The notes: generated from the sequence alone by a model not told the origin. A stretch of DNA of 64,000 nt from Scyliorhinus canicula (GCF_902713615.1 NW_024055490.1:62001-126000); one strand, 5' to 3'; numbered from the stretch's first letter, positions 36,251 to 50,215 are shown. A program made the numbers and translations.

Positions 36251-37786
36251 ACTCTTGGGCCTCCTCCTCCACCATGTAAATTATGTGCACTTGATACCCC
36301 TGATACTCCCACATGTCTCCAATTTCCACAATCTTCAGTCTCAACAGGTTTTTTCCATTCCCACATCAACACCTCCCACCCCAAGATGTCCCCTTTTCTC
36401 CAGTGGATTTGGTTACTCCTGGTGTTGGGTGAACAGGTATTAGTGTGAATACGCCCACAGGCAGCAGATTTTGACATGACCTTGTGTGGAGTTGAATCTG
36501 AGAGGCCGGCAAGGGGAACATTGTGTAGCTAAGGTTTGAGGTGACAAAAGAATGAATGCATTTCAATAAGTGTCGAGGGTTATGGGGAACTGGCAGGAAA
36601 ATGGAGAGAAAGCTGAGCTGAGGAGGGATCTTTACTCGAGGATGTGGTGAAGCTTTTGAATTCTGGAACTTCAGTCACCAAATATGTTCAAGACACAGAC
36701 TAATAGGTTTCTAGATATTGAAGATGTCGAGGGATATGGGGGATAGTGTGGGAAAACGGTGCTGAGGTAGATCGGCCAATGATCCCATTGAATGGTTCCG
36801 GATCGATGAGCCGAATGGCCGACTGCAGCTAGTATTTATTATGATCTCCTGGACAGGAAGCTGTGAGCTTGGATCTGTCAATCAGCCTGAATCAGCACCT
36901 TCAGGAGAATAGGGAGGGTGAATATTAGATACAGCAGAGTGAGAATGGAGGGAGAGTGTGTGGGATGGAGATTTACAGCTTTCGGGGAATAAGAGAGAGG
37001 AAAAAATGTGACATAGAAACAAGAATTGTCTGTTCTAAGTTTCTGCCCTGTGCTGGCAATGATGAATTTTGTAAATTGTTTTTACAGGATATTAGACGAG
37101 GAGGAATTACAGATAGAAATCTCAAAGGTCTCGTCTCGATCTGACAGTCACTCGATTCCTTGGAACTGAATATCATCGGCCTTTCAATCCAGAAGGAGAA
37201 ATGTTTGCCCGAACTGTCACCTAAAGATTTCAAACATCAGTGTGGATGGAAAAGCACCGAGACCCACACAACACACACCCAAGTGAGAGTGTTCCAGTGA
37301 ACTGACTGTGGAAACATCAGTGTGACTGGAAAAGCACCGAGACCCACACAACACACACCCGAGTGAGAGAGTTCATAGACTCCCAGAATTTACAGTGCAG
37401 AAGGAGGCCGTTTGGACCATTGAGTCTGCACCATCCCTTGGAAAGATCAGCCTGCCGAAGCCCACACCTCCACCCTATCACCGTAACCCAATAACCCCAC
37501 CCAACCTATTTCGACACAAAGGGCAATTTAGCATGGTCAATCCTCCTAACCTGCACATCTTTGGACTGTGGAAGGAAACCGGAGCGCCCGGAGGAAACTG
37601 ACGCAGACACGGGGAGAACGCGCAGACTCTGCACAGCCAGTATCAGTGAACTTACTATGGAAAGAGTTTTAACCAGTTACACAGCCTGAATAAACATAAC
37701 ATTCACACCAGGGAGAGACGTGTTCTGTCTGTGGAAGAGGCTTCAATTGATCATCCAACTTGGAGAGACACGCGGAGACCCACAAC

Positions 37787-38857
37787 ATGGAGAAACAGTG
37801 GAAATGTAGGGACTGTGGGAAGGGATTCAGAGCCCCATCTGAGCTGGAGATTCATCGACGCAGTCACACTGGGGAGAGGCCGTTCACCTGCTCTCAGTGT
37901 GGGAAGAGATTCAGTCAATTATCTAACCTTCAGGCACACCAACGAGTTCACACTGGGGAGAGGCCATTCACCTGCTCTCAGTGTGGGAAAGGATTCTGTG
38001 ATTCGTCCCACCTATTGAGGCACCAGCGAGTTCACACTGGGGAGAGGCCATTCACCTGCTCTCCGTGTGGGAAGGGATTCACTCAGATAACGCACCTGCG
38101 CATTCACCAGCGAGTTCACGCTGGAGTGAGGCCATTCACCTGCTCTCAGTGTGGGAAAGGATTTACTGAGTTATCCACCCTGAAGACACACCAGCGAATT
38201 CACACTGGGGAGAAGCCATTCACCTGCTCTCAGTGTGGGAAGGGATTCACTCAGCCATCCGGCCTGCAGACGCACCAGCGAATTCACGCTGTGGAGAGGC
38301 CATTCACCTGCTCTCTGTGTGGGAAGGGATTCACTCAGCCATCCGGCCTGCAGACACACCAGAGAATTCACACTGGGGAGAGGCCATTCACCTGCTCTCA
38401 GTGTGGGAAGGGATTCACTCAGTTATCCACCCTGAAGACACACCAGCGAATTCACACTGGGGAAACACGGTTCACCTGCTCTCAGTGTGGGAAGGGACTC
38501 ACTCGGTTATCTCACCTGCGGAGACACCAGCGGGTCCACACTGGGGAGAGGCCATTCACCTGCTCTCAGTGTGGGAAGGGATTCACTCAGTTATCTCACC
38601 TGCAGACACACCAGCGAGTTCACACAGGGGAGAGGCCATTCACCTGTTCTCAGTGTGGGAAGGGATTCACTCAGTTATCCGACCTGCGGACACACCAGCG
38701 AGTTCACACTGGGGAGAGGCCATTCACCTGCTCTCAGTGTGGGAAAGGATTTACTCAGTTATCTCACCTGCGGACACACCAGCGAGTTCACACTGGGGAG
38801 ACGCTGTCCACCCCACAATGTGAGATGGGATTGCATGTTGCACCGCTCCTGCTGTGA
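37787..38857 (+). CDS. C2H2 zinc-finger protein (ZNF-B), 12 fingers, no KRAB domain
   Basis: ATG at 37787 (the ORF-track start at 37760 is TTG); [14 protein letters not shown]...; 12 fingers; upstream acceptor ttttacag at 37086-87. Confidence 0.92.
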   Translation: MEKQWKCRDCGKGFRAPSELEIHRRSHTGERPFTCSQCGKRFSQLSNLQAHQRVHTGERPFTCSQCGKGFCDSSHLLRHQRVHTGERPFTCSPCGKGFTQITHLRIHQRVHAGVRPFTCSQCGKGFTELSTLKTHQRIHTGEKPFTCSQCGKGFTQPSGLQTHQRIHAVERPFTCSLCGKGFTQPSGLQTHQRIHTGERPFTCSQCGKGFTQLSTLKTHQRIHTGETRFTCSQCGKGLTRLSHLRRHQRVHTGERPFTCSQCGKGFTQLSHLQTHQRVHTGERPFTCSQCGKGFTQLSDLRTHQRVHTGERPFTCSQCGKGFTQLSHLRTHQRVHTGETLSTPQCEMGLHVAPLLL

Positions 38858-39509
38858 CACCAACAATTTCACAATTGATTACAGGGGTTGGATTCTGCTG
38901 TTATTGTTTCTGCTCTGCAGCCAGGACTGCATTTTGTTCATTCTGACAGGTGGTCAATGGGGATGGTCGGAGGGTTTCTTTCTGCTGGACTGGCCGGTCT
39001 CCCCGCTTTGCCTCCAGTGGGCTGATGCTCTTTGAGCTTTGTTGCTAATACCTGGCTTCAAATTGCACAAGGATCTCCGAGTGAAAGGGTGTTTGGAAGT
39101 TTGAAGATATTTAGTTCCTATTTCTGTTTGGAACACCCCCCAAAGCCATGTTGCCATGGAGATGGGCCCTGGTGGTTACCTGGTTCTTTTCTTTAATTTA
39201 TCTGGGTGTTCCTCACAGAAGAAAACTGTCCGGGTATGAGGGGCAAGTTGTCTGAGGTGAATTGGGAAACTGATTGGTACAGGGAATACCTAATATTCAA
39301 GGAATAATTACATATTTATCAGGGGGTCGGTCAGCTCAGTTGGCTGGACGGCTGGTTTGTGTTGCAGATCAAGGCCAACAGTGAGGATTCAACTCCCGTA
39401 CTGGCTGAGTTTATTCATGAGGGCCCGACCTTCTCAACCAGGCCCCTCGCCTGAGGTGTGCTGACCCTCGGGTTAAATCACCTCCAGTCAGCTCTCTCTC
39501 TGTCAACCT

Positions 39510-40735
39510 TAGCACTTCGCTTTACCGCAAGCCCACAGACAACCTCACGATGCTCCACTTCTCCAGCTTTCACCCGAAACACATTAAAGAAGCCATCCCC
39601 TATGGACAAGCCCTCCGTATACACAGGATCTGCTCAGACGAGGAGGAGCGTAACAGACACCTACAGATGCTCTCGTACGAACGGGATATGGCGCTCGACT
39701 CATCGATCGACAGTTCCAAAGCGCCACAGCAAAAAACCGCACCGACCTCCTCAGATGACAAACACGGGACACCACTGACAGAGTACCCTTCATCGTCCAG
39801 TACTTTCCTGGGGCGGAGAAACTACGACATCTTCTTCGCAGCCTTCAACACATCATCAATGAAGATGAACATCTTGCCAAGGGCATCCCCACACACCCAC
39901 TACTGGCCTTCAAACAACCGCACAACCTCAAACAAACCATTGTTTGCAGCAAATTACCCAGCCTTCAGAACAGTGACCACGACTCCACACAACCCTGCCA
40001 GGGCAATCTCTGCAAGACATGCCAGATCATCGACTCGGATACCACCATTGCACGTGGTAACACCACCCACCTGGTACGCGGCACATACTCGTGCGACTCG
40101 ACCAATGTAGTCTACCTCTTACGCTCCAGGAAAGGATGTCCCGAAGCGTGGTACATTGGTAAGACCATGCAGACACTGCGACAACGAATGAACGGGCATC
40201 ATGCGACAATCACCAGGCAGGAATGTTCCCTTCCATTCGGGGAACACTTCAGCAGTCAAGGGCATTCAGCCTCTGATCTCCGGGTAAGCATTCTCCAAGG
40301 TGGTCTTCAGGACACGCGACAACGCAGAATTACCGAGCAAAAACTTATAGCTAAGTTCTGCACGCATGAGTGCGGCCTCAACCGGATCTTGGATTCATGT
40401 TGCATTACATCCACCCCCCACCATCTGGCCTGGACTTGCAAAATCCTACCAACTGTTCTGGCTTGAGTCAATTCACACCTCTTTAACCTGTGATTATCCC
40501 TCTCCCTGGATCTGTCATGATTTGATTACCTGCAAATGCTCGCATTCCAAGCATTGTCCAGCATCTCTGACTTTGTCTATATAAATGTTTCTGGAACATA
40601 CCTCTCCATTCACCAGAGGAAGGAGCTGCGCTCCAAAAGCTTGTGTTTGAAACAAACCTGTTGGACTTTAACCTGGTGTTGTAAGACTTCTTACTGTGCT
40701 CACCCCAGTCCAATGCTGGCATCTCCACATCATGT
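39510..40735 (+). mobile_element. Penelope-like element with terminal pLTR segment
   Basis: IPYGQALRIHRICSDEE, NVVY...YIGKTMQTLRQRMNGH (GIY-YIG), ending in tttgaaacaaacctgttggactttaacctggtg...catctccacatcatg. Confidence 0.8.
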
Positions 40736-41444
40736 CAAAGAGGAGAGAAGCCTATGGTCCTCTGGGATTTTTGTGACTTTAATTTCACATATATACAACA
40801 AATACCGATTCCTTTAGGGAACAGAAATCCAACAGGAAAAGTAATGTAACCTTGGCTCACAAGAAAAGTTAAAGATTCCACAAGATCCATTGGAATTCAG
40901 CAAAGGAGGACCAAGAAACTGATGAGAGCAAACTGGTGAGAAACATAAAAACCGACTGGAAAAGCTTTGACAGGAATGTGAAAAGGAAAAGATTAGCAAA
41001 GACCAATGTGGGTCCATTCCAGGCAGAGACAGGAGAGTTTATAATGGGGAGTAAGGAAATGGCAGAGAAACTAAACAAAGTGAGTCTGTCTTCACAGAGG
41101 AAGATACAGAAATTGTCCCCAAAACAACAGAGAACCAAGGGACTCGCAGAGATTAGTATTGGTGAAAAAGTCGACCTGGAGAAATTAATGGGGCTGAAAG
41201 TGAATAAATCCCCAAAAGCTGGTGATCCACATCCCAGAGTTGAACGAGGTGGCTGTAGAGATCTCCATTCCTCATTCTAAATTCTCCTGACTCTATCTGG
41301 AATGGACAAAGCTTTGAGCCAAACATTTCCTTTTTACGTAGCCACAGAAACTTTTACTGTCCATTTTTATGTATTTTGCTAGTTCACATTCTATTCTATT
41401 CTCCCTTTTTTTCTTCGGTGTGTTGGTTGAAGAACTGAAGTAAA

Positions 41445-42440
41445 TCAAAGAACAAAGAAAAGTACAGCACAGGAACAGGCCCTTCGGCCCTCCAAGCCCG
41501 TGCCGACCATGCTGCCCGACTAAACTGCAATCTTCTGCACTTCCTGGGTCCGTATCCCTCTATTCCCATCCTATTCATGTATTTGTCAAGATGCCCCTTA
41601 AACGTCACTATCATCCCTGCTTCCACCAACTCCTCCGGCAGCGAGTTCCAGGCACCCAATACCCTCTGTGGGGAAAGAACTTGCCTCCTACATCTCCTCT
41701 AAACCTTGCCCCTCACACCTTAGATCTATGCCCCCCAGTAATTGAACCCTCTACCCTGGAGTAAAACGTCTGACTATCCACTCTGTCTATGCCACTAATA
41801 ACTTTGTAGACCTCTATCAGGTCGACACTCAACCTCCGTCATTCCAGTGATAACAAACCAAGTTTATTCAACCGCTACTCATAGCTAATGCCCTCCATAC
41901 CAGGCAACATCCTGGTAAATCTCTTCTGCACCCTCTCTAAAGCCTCCACATCCTTCTGGTAGTGTGGCGACCAGAATTGAACACCATACTCCAAGTGTGG
42001 CCGAACTAAGGTTCTATACAGCTGCAACATGACTTGCCAATTCTTATACTCAGTGCACCGGCCAATGAAGGCAATCATGCCTTCATTCCATGAAGCAAGC
42101 ATACTTCTTGACTACCTTCTCCACCTGTGTTGCCCCTTTCAGTGACCTGTGTACCTGTACACCTAGATCTCTCTGACTTTCAATACTCTTGAGGGTTCTA
42201 CCATTCACTGTATATTCCCTACCTGCATTAGACCTTCCAAAATGCATTACCTCACATTTGTCCGGATTAAACTCCATCTGCCATCTCTCCGCCCAAGTCT
42301 CCAAATGATCTAAATCCTGCTGTATCCTCTGACAGTCCTCATCGCTATCCGCAATTCCACCAACCTTTGTGTCGTCTGCAAACTTACTAATCAGACCAGT
42401 TACATTTTCCTCCAAATCATTTATATATACTACGAACAGC
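41445..42440 (-). mobile_element. CR1 LINE RT 3' fragment
   Basis: KFADDTKVGG, YRTLVRPHLEYGVQFWSP, (aaagaac)n tail. Confidence 0.88.
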
Positions 42441-42909
42441 AGTTCTTTCCTCGGGAATGAATCATCACTTTGGACAGGTTCTGAGACAATTCAGTTTCGA
42501 CTTCCAGGACAGAGTAACTATAACCGTGGAGTGTGATTCCAGGTTATTTAACAGGGCAAAGTTCTAGTTTGTAGTTTACTGTGTAGTTTTCCAAGTTAAA
42601 GTAGCTTCTGGTTTGTTTGTTGCATTAAAAGTCATAAAACTTGAAGTCCTGCCGTCTGATCCTTTTAATTTGTTGACTGGGAATTTGATATTTTCTATGA
42701 AGTTGCTGACCTTTACGGAGATCCTAATCCACAAGTTTTGACTCCCTATTTGAGCCTCGGGCACCTTTCTGTCTCTATTGCTCGTGTCAATGACAGCCAG
42801 GTGATGGAGCTGAGGGCTGAATTTAGCTGAGAATAACGGAGCCTGTTCCCCAGTTGGGAAACTGCCATGGGCGTCGCTAATAGAGACAGGAAGGTGTTGG
42901 AGGCCTGAC

Positions 42910-43092
42910 TGAAATGAAATGAAATGAAAATCGCTTATTGTCACAGGTAGACTTCAAATGAAGTTACTGTGAAAAGCCCCGAGTCGCCACATCCCGGCGC
43001 CTGTTCGGGGAGGCTGGTACTGGAATTGAACCGTGCTGCTGGCCTGCCTTGGTCTGCTTTCAAAGCCAGCGATTTAGCCTTGTGCTAAACTG
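42910..43092 (-). mobile_element. Short SINE with (CATTT)n tail
   Basis: Reverse complement has a ggttcaattcc B box and cttttcacagtaacttcatttgaag tail; copies at about 43705-43815 and 58005-58170. Confidence 0.7.
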
Positions 43093-43529
43093 GGAACTGG
43101 ACCTCCAACCAATCAGGTTTCGGGGTCGGGGGGTGACAGAGGCTGGCGATAATGTGACCCCCAGGGTTCAGTGCCCCGTGTCCAAAGCGGGGAGTCATGG
43201 GAACAGAGTACAGAGGAGCCAAAGGGAAACCATTTGGGACCCAGGACATTGTGAACATTCTGTCACTCTGGTTGTCTTTGATCCTCAATAAATGTTCTGT
43301 TAGTTTTTTTAACCATGTTCTGTTTTGTCAATAAATTTTGAACAGGAAAATATTTGAATTTGTTGGGCTTTTCCTGATTAAATATGTTCACTTTCGGGAA
43401 AGTGGGTGAGAGGGGTTGACAGGCTCTTTAACAGAAAGTGAGTCCATCTGAGGTAATTGGCAGAGGGGTAGAGGAGATTTGATTTTTCTTTTGACACAGT
43501 GATTGAAAATGGAGTTCAGAGACTCAATC

Positions 43530-45780
43530 GTGATTGACTAATTTATCAAGGTTCTCTGAGGAAGTAACAACAGATGTCAATAAAGGGGAACCTGTAGATG
43601 TGCTTTATCTGGATTTCCAGAAGGTATTTCCCAAGGTGCCATATCAAAGGTTATTACACAAAATAAGAGCTCTTTTTGTGGGGAGTAACATATCGAAAAG
43701 GAAATGAAATGAAAATTGCTTATTGTCACGAGTAGGCTTCAATGAAGTTACTGTGAAAAGCCCCTAGTCGCCACATTCCGGCACCTGTTCGGGGAGGCTG
43801 GTACGGGCTGGTACAGGTATCAGCATGAATTGAGGATTGGTTAGCGAACAGGAAGCAGCCAGTAGGTATAAATGGGTCATTTCTGAGTGGGTAAGATGTG
43901 ACAAGTGGAATGTCACCAGGATCAGTGCTGGGCTCCCAACCATTTACAATCTGTATGAATGTGTTGGATGATGGGATTGAATGTCTGGCGGCTAAATTTT
44001 CGGATGACTCAAAGACAGGCAGGAAAGTAATTTGCGAAGTGGATTTAAGGACTGCAAAGGACTACAAACAGGTTAAGTGAGTGGGCAAAAATCTGACAGA
44101 TGGAGCAAACTTGGGAAAATGCCAATTGTCCACTTTGTCAGGAAGTATTAAATAAAACAATATTATTTAAATGGAGAGAGATTGCAGAACTCTGAGGTAC
44201 AGAGGGATCGGGGTGCCCAATCTCACGTTAGTCTGCAGGTACAGCAAGTGATCAGGAAGGTCAATGGAATATTATTGTTTATTGCAAATGAAATCTAATA
44301 TAAATGTAGGGATGTTTTGCTGCAGTTGGATAGAGTCATAGAGGTTTACAGCATGAAAACAGGCCCAACTTGTCCCTACCGCCCGGTTTTTACCACTAAG
44401 CTAGTCCCAATTTCCCGCATTTCGCCCATAACCATCTGTACCCAGCTTTCCCATACGTATAACTGTTGAAATGCTTTTTAAAAGCAACGTTGTACCCACC
44501 TCTATTACTGCATCTGGCAGCTTGTTCCAGACACTCACCACCCTCTGTGTGAACAAAATGCCCCTCTGGACCCTTTTATATCTCTCACCTCAAACCTATG
44601 CCCTCTCGTTCTAGACTCCTCTACCTTTGGGAAAAGATGTTGACTATCTACCTTATCTGTGCCCCTCATTATTTTACAGACCTCCATAAGATCACCCGAA
44701 TCCTCCTGCACTCCAGGGAAAAAGGTCCCAGTCTATCCAGCCTCTCAACCCAAACCATCAAGTCCTGGTCACATACAAGTAAATCTTTTCTGCACTCTTT
44801 CTAGTTTAATAATATCCTTTCTATAAGAGGACCAGAACTATACACAGTATTCCAAGTGTGGTCTTATTAATGTATTATACAACTTCAGCAAGACGTCCCA
44901 ACTCCTGTATTCAATGCTCTGACTAATGAAACCAAGTATGCCGAATGCCTTCTTCATCACCCTGTCCACCTGTGACTCCATTTTCAAGAAGCTATGAACC
45001 TTTACTCCTAGATCTCTTTGTTCTACCATTAACTGAGTAGGTCCTGCCCCGATTATCACCTCACACTTATCAAAATTAAACTCCCATCTGCCATTCATCG
45101 GCCCACTGGCCCAATTGATCGAGTTCTGTTGCAATCCTAAATAACCTTCACTGGTCATTATGCCACCAATCTTGGTGTCATTTGTAAACTTACTAACAAT
45201 GCCTCCTACATTCTCATCCAAAGCATTAATATAAACAACAAATAATATTGGACCCAGCACTGATCCCTGAGGCACACCGCTGGTCACCAGCCTCCAGTTT
45301 GAAAGACAACCCTCTACAACCGCTCTTTCTCTTCTGTCGTTAAGCCAGTTTTGTATCCAATTGGCAACCTCATCCTGGATCCCATGAGATTTAACCTTAT
45401 GCAGCAACCTACCATGCGGTATCTTGACAAACGCCTTGTTGAAGTCCATGTCGACAACATCGACTGCACTGCCCTCATCTACCTTGTTGGTTACCTATTT
45501 AAAAAACTCAACCAAATTTGTGAGACATGATTTTCTACTCTCAAAGCCGTGCTGACTGTCCCTAATCAGTCATTGCCTCTCTAAATGCCTGTAGATCCTG
45601 TTTCTCAGAATACCTTCTAACAACTTATCCACCATGGATGTTAGGTTCACCGGTCTGTAGTTCCCAGGCTTTTCCCTGCGGCCTTCCTTAAACAAAGGCA
45701 CAACATTTGTTACCCTCCAATCTTCAGACATCTCACCTGTGGCTGTCGACGATTCAAATATCTCTGCTGGGGAGCCCCCC
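43530..45780. mobile_element. Two opposed CR1 RT fragments (+ about 43530-44335; - about 44335-45780)
   Basis: GSVLGSQPFTI / KFSDDSK on +; DFNKAFVKIPH, GVPQGSVLGPILF, LIRPHLEYCV on -. Confidence 0.8.
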
Positions 45781-46029
45781 CCCCCTGCCTCCTCCTAGCC
45801 TCCCACAACGTCCTGGGATATAATTCATCAGTTTCTGGGGATTCATCTACCTTGATGTGCTTTAAGCTGGATCTAACCCCATTCCCCCACTCCACTTTGT
45901 GGGTAATCTGCGATCCAAAAACCAAATTTTAATAGTCCCAGCTTCCCAAACCTTCCATCCTGTCTCTCCAAGCCTTGGCATCAGGGATGGTTTTGCTAAC
46001 CTGCCTGTGTATCTGCACCTGGCAGTGTT

Positions 46030-46335
46030 TGATTATAAGAGTGTAACTGGAGCTTTACTCAGTATCTAACCCCGTGCTGTATCTGTCCTGGGAGTGTTTG
46101 ACTGGGACAATGTACAAAGGGATTTCTTCTGTGTCTAATCCTGTGCTGTACCTGTCCTGGGAGTGTTTGATGGGGACAGTGCAGAGGAGGATATACATTG
46201 TATCCAAACTTGTACTGTACCTATTGTGGGAGTGTTTGATGAGGACAGTATGGAGGGAGATTTACTCTGCATCTAACACCATTTTGTATCAGCCTTGGGA
46301 GTGTTTCATGGGGCAATGTAGAGGGAGCTGTGCTG
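46030..46335. repeat. Degenerate 69-bp minisatellite (ctgtacctgtcctgggagtgtttgatggggacagtgtagagggag...)
   Basis: 4-5 decayed units; ctgta recurs at 46077 and 46146. Confidence 0.75.
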
Positions 46336-47308
46336 TAACTGATTGGAGAATGGTTCAAATCGGCACTTGGTACTCAGATTTTCCAGTACAGACACCCATC
46401 ACTTAAAAAATAACATTTCATTCAGAGATAAGAGAAACCATCACCAGTTCTTCCATTGCCCCCCCCCCCCCCCCCCCCCCCCAACCACCACACACACACC
46501 GCACCCTCCCCCCCACCCCACGCGGGCCAGTGAGAGTCCTGAACATTGTTGTACAGTCTGATTGATATTTCATGTGAACCTTTTTCTGTTCCATCGAATC
46601 CCTTCAGTGCAGAACGAGGCCATTCGGCCCATCAAGTCTGCATCGACCCTCCAATACGGCACCCCACTCAGGACCACTCCTCTACCCGATCCCCAGAAAC
46701 CCACCTAACCTTTGGACACTCAGGGGAAATCTTTTAGAATGGCCAATCCACCAAGGCTGCGCGTCTTTGGAGTGTGGGAGGAAACTGGAGCACCCGGAAG
46801 GAACCCACGCAGACACGGGGAGAAAGTGCAAACTCAACACAGTCACCCAAGGGCGGAATCAAAACCCCCTCCCTCTGATCTCCAGTCAGCCTCTGTTCGA
46901 ATGAAAAGAGCCCCAGTTTCTCTAATCCCTCCTGGTAACTAAAGCCTCTCTTCCCTGGGATCAGCTCTGTGAATCTCTTCTACACCCTCTCCATGGCCTT
47001 GACATCCTTCCTGGTGTAAGATCCCCAAAACCTGATCAAATATTCCAACTGCAGCCCAACCAATGATTTGTCCAGGTTTACATGACCTCTGTCCTTTTGT
47101 ACTCCACACCCAGAATTATTAAACCTTGGATCCCATGTGTTTTTTAAACACTTTATCAACTTGTCCTCCCACATTTAAACATTTGTGTATCTGAACTCCT
47201 TTTAGGGTTTTGGAGACATTGGCTGAAATACATTGACATCCAATGTCTGATATGATGTGTGTTGTGGGAGAGAGAAGTTTAGTCTGAGTTAGAAACTCAA
47301 GTAGGCGC

Positions 47309-47440
47309 TTCACTGCAGACAGGTCACCATGGAAACGCTGATAAGACATTCCTTCACTGCAGACAGGTAACCATGGAAACGCTGATAAGACAGTCCTTCA
47401 CTGCAGACAGGTCACCGTGGAAACGCTGATCAGACATTCC
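47309..47440. repeat. 44-bp repeat x3, each with an X-box-like core
   Basis: ttcactgcagacagg at 47309, 47353, 47397. Confidence 0.9.
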
Positions 47441-47739
47441 ATTCCACAGAATCCACTCATTGGAAACGCTAATCGGATGGGGGAGAAGACAGTTTGTCTG
47501 TTATTAACCTCAACATAAATTTAAACCAGAGTAAATAATGGTACAGATTAAATTCTAATGTGTGATGTTTATAGCTGCAGTAATGGAATTATCAGAAATA
47601 ATAGAATTAACAGACTGGGTAGTTTTGGGGAAAATGAGGAAATTGCTGAAGAAACGTAACTGCTGGGAACCGGAGAATGTGCCCTTGTAAATCACAGATT
47701 AGAGATATTCCTGCTGTCTTTTCCTCACTTGCTGCATGA

Positions 47740-48045
47740 ACTGTGTTCCGTACTGGCCACCAAACTTCAGGAAAGATACATTGCACTTGGTATCAGTCCT
47801 GTACAGATTGACTATGATGAAGTGAGGCTGGTGAACTGTGAATCCCTTCACACACACGGAGAACATTGACGGTCACTCCTCAGTGTGAACAGGTCGATGA
47901 ATCTCCCGGTCTGATTAAATCTATTCCACAATCCCCAGATTTCTAAGGTTTCTTCCAGCATGATGACATATTGTTCGAAAGGTTAGACCATCGGTTACAA
48001 CGTCATCCACATTCCGAACACGTGAACTATTTCTCACACATTGAA
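47740..48045 (-). pseudogene. Highly decayed zinc-finger relic
   Basis: Reverse complement contains gttcacactgaggagtg (VHTEE) and ccgtcaatgttctccgtgtgtgtgaagggattcacag (P..FSVC-KGF-like). Confidence 0.6.
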
Positions 48046-49720
48046 CTGTGTCTTTGAACAAAAAACAATACAGCACAGGAACAGGCCCTTCGGCCCTCCA
48101 AGCCTGTACTGGTCATGATACCAACCTTTGCCAAAACCCTCAGCACTTACTTGTGACGTATCCCTATCCCCATCCTATCCATGTGTTTGTCAAGATGCCT
48201 TTTGAATGCCGTTAACGTATCTGCTTCCACAACCTCCCCTGGCAATGCATCCAGGCACTCACCACCCTCTGCATAGAAAAACCTGCCTCGCACATGTCTA
48301 AACTTTTCACCAGGGACCTTAAACCTATGCCCCCTGTCTACTGGCCCCTCCATGGTAGGAAAGAGTGCCTGCCCATCCATTCTATCCATGCCCCTCATAA
48401 TATTGTCGACCTCTGGGCAGCACGGTGGCTCAGTAGGTCAGCACTGCCGTCTCACGGCGCTGAGGTCCCAGGTTCGATACCAGCTCTGGGTCACTGTCCG
48501 TGTGGAGTTTGCACATTCTCCCCATGTTTGCGTGGGTTTCGCCCCCACAACCGAAAGATGTGCAAGGTAGGTGGATTGAACACGCTAAATTGCCCCTTAA
48601 TTGGAAAAAAATTAATTGGGTACTCTAAATTTATAAAGAAAAAAAAAGTAAAAAAAAAAAAGAAAATAATCTTGTCGACCTCGATCAGGTCCCTCCTCAT
48701 CTTCCGTCTTTCTGACGAAAACAGTCCGAGTCTATTCAGTCTCTCCACATAGCTAACACACTCCAGACTGGGCAACATCCTGGTAAACCTCCACTGCACC
48801 CTCTCCAAAGCCTCCACATCCTTCTGGTACTGTGGCGACCAGATTTGTGGACAATATTCCAAGTGTGGCCTTGACAAGGTTCTATACAACTGCAGCATGA
48901 CTTGCCAGTTTTTATACTTGATGCCCCGTCCAAGGAAGGCAAGCATTCTGTCTGCTTTCTTGACTATCTTATCCATTTGTGATGCCAACTTCAAAGATCT
49001 GTGCACATGCAACACAGAGAACTCTGACTTTCTATATTCCCAGGAGTTTTGCCATTTACGGTATATTTCCCCTCATAATATAATAATATTCTCCTTAACC
49101 AGTAATGCTACTCCCCCACCCCTTTTACATCCCTCTCTATCTCTCCTGAAGCATCTATATCCTCCAATGTTCAGCTGAAAATCCTACCCTTCCTTTACAC
49201 ATATTTCTGTGATAGCTACAACATCGTAATTCCAAGTACTAATAAGTGCTCTAAGTTCATCTGCCTCCCCGCTATACTTCTGGCATTGAAACAAGTACTC
49301 TTCAAACCACTATGTTGGAGCAGACAGGGTGATGTTGTTCTCTTATTTTTGTTCTCCGATTCCCCATAGTTATTACACCTTCTACGCTATCGCTCTGGTT
49401 CCCACCCCCCTGCCATACTCGTCTAAATCCTCCCGAGTGACTCCAGCAAATCTCCCAGCCAGGATATTGGTACCTCTCCAATTTAGATGCAACACATCCT
49501 TCTTGTGCAGGTCACACCTGCCCCGGAAGAGATCCCAGTGGCTGTTTTCCGTCCCCCTTCAGGATGTCCTGTATCGGTCAGAGACATCCTGGATCCTGGC
49601 ACCAGGGAGGCAACATACCATCCTGGAGTCTCTTTCCTGTCCACAGAAGCGCCTATCTGTGCCCCTTCCTATACAGTCCCCTATGTCTTTCGCTCTCCTG
49701 TACATTGCCCTCCCCTGCAC
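48045..49720 (-). mobile_element. CR1 fragments with a nested SINE (48415-48665, TSD ttgtcgacctc)
   Basis: LYRTLSRPHLEYC ORF; ttgtcgacctc at 48403-13 and 48672-82 flanks the SINE. Confidence 0.8.
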
Positions 49721-49724
49721 CGTG

Positions 49725-50215
49725 TATGTGTTCTGTGTGGTCGAGGCTTCAACTGATCATCCAACTTGGAGAGACACAAGGACACCGGCACCATGGAGAA
49801 AGTGTGGAAATGTGAGGACTGGGCGAAATGGTTCAATGTTCATCTAAGCTGGAAAATCATCAACACAGTCGCACTGAGGAGAGGCCATTCAGCTGCACCC
49901 ACTGTGAAAAGAGGTTCAGGCGGTCATCTAACCTCAAGGTACACCAACATGTTCAGACTGGGGAAAGACTGTTCACTTGCTCTCTGTGTGGGAAGGGATT
50001 CATTCATTCATCCAGCTTTCTGACACACAAGCAAATACACACAGCGGAGAATCCACTTACTTGTACTCATTGTGGGAAGAATTTCAGGCAGTCATCCATT
50101 CTCATCCATTGTCATTGCACACCAACGTAATCATACTGGGGAAAGACCGTTCATCTGCTCTGTATATGAGAAGAGATACTCTCAGTCACTTAACCTCTTG
50201 ACACATCAACAGATT
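49725..50215 (+). pseudogene. Frameshifted ZNF-B-like zinc-finger pseudogene
   Basis: ...CGRGFN/SSNLERH...TMEKVWKC matches 37720-37810; fingers continue in a shifted frame (HSRTEERPFSCTHCEKRF...); 3' motif ggattctgctgttattg shared with 38890; 5' side replaced by LINE sequence. Confidence 0.85.

Noticed and set aside
25884-38823. Alternative-frame ORFs over the ZNF genes (WEGIHSVI..., GRDSLS...)
   Set aside because: Standard shadow frames of tandem C2H2 arrays
40600-40660. Active hammerhead in the long Penelope copy
   Set aside because: Core reads CAGAGGA...CAAAA instead of CUGANGA...GAAA, so it is presumed inactive
9641-47440. CRISPR-like appearance of the 29-, 52-, 27- and 44-bp arrays
   Set aside because: Units are contiguous with no unique spacers, there are no cas genes, and the DNA is vertebrate
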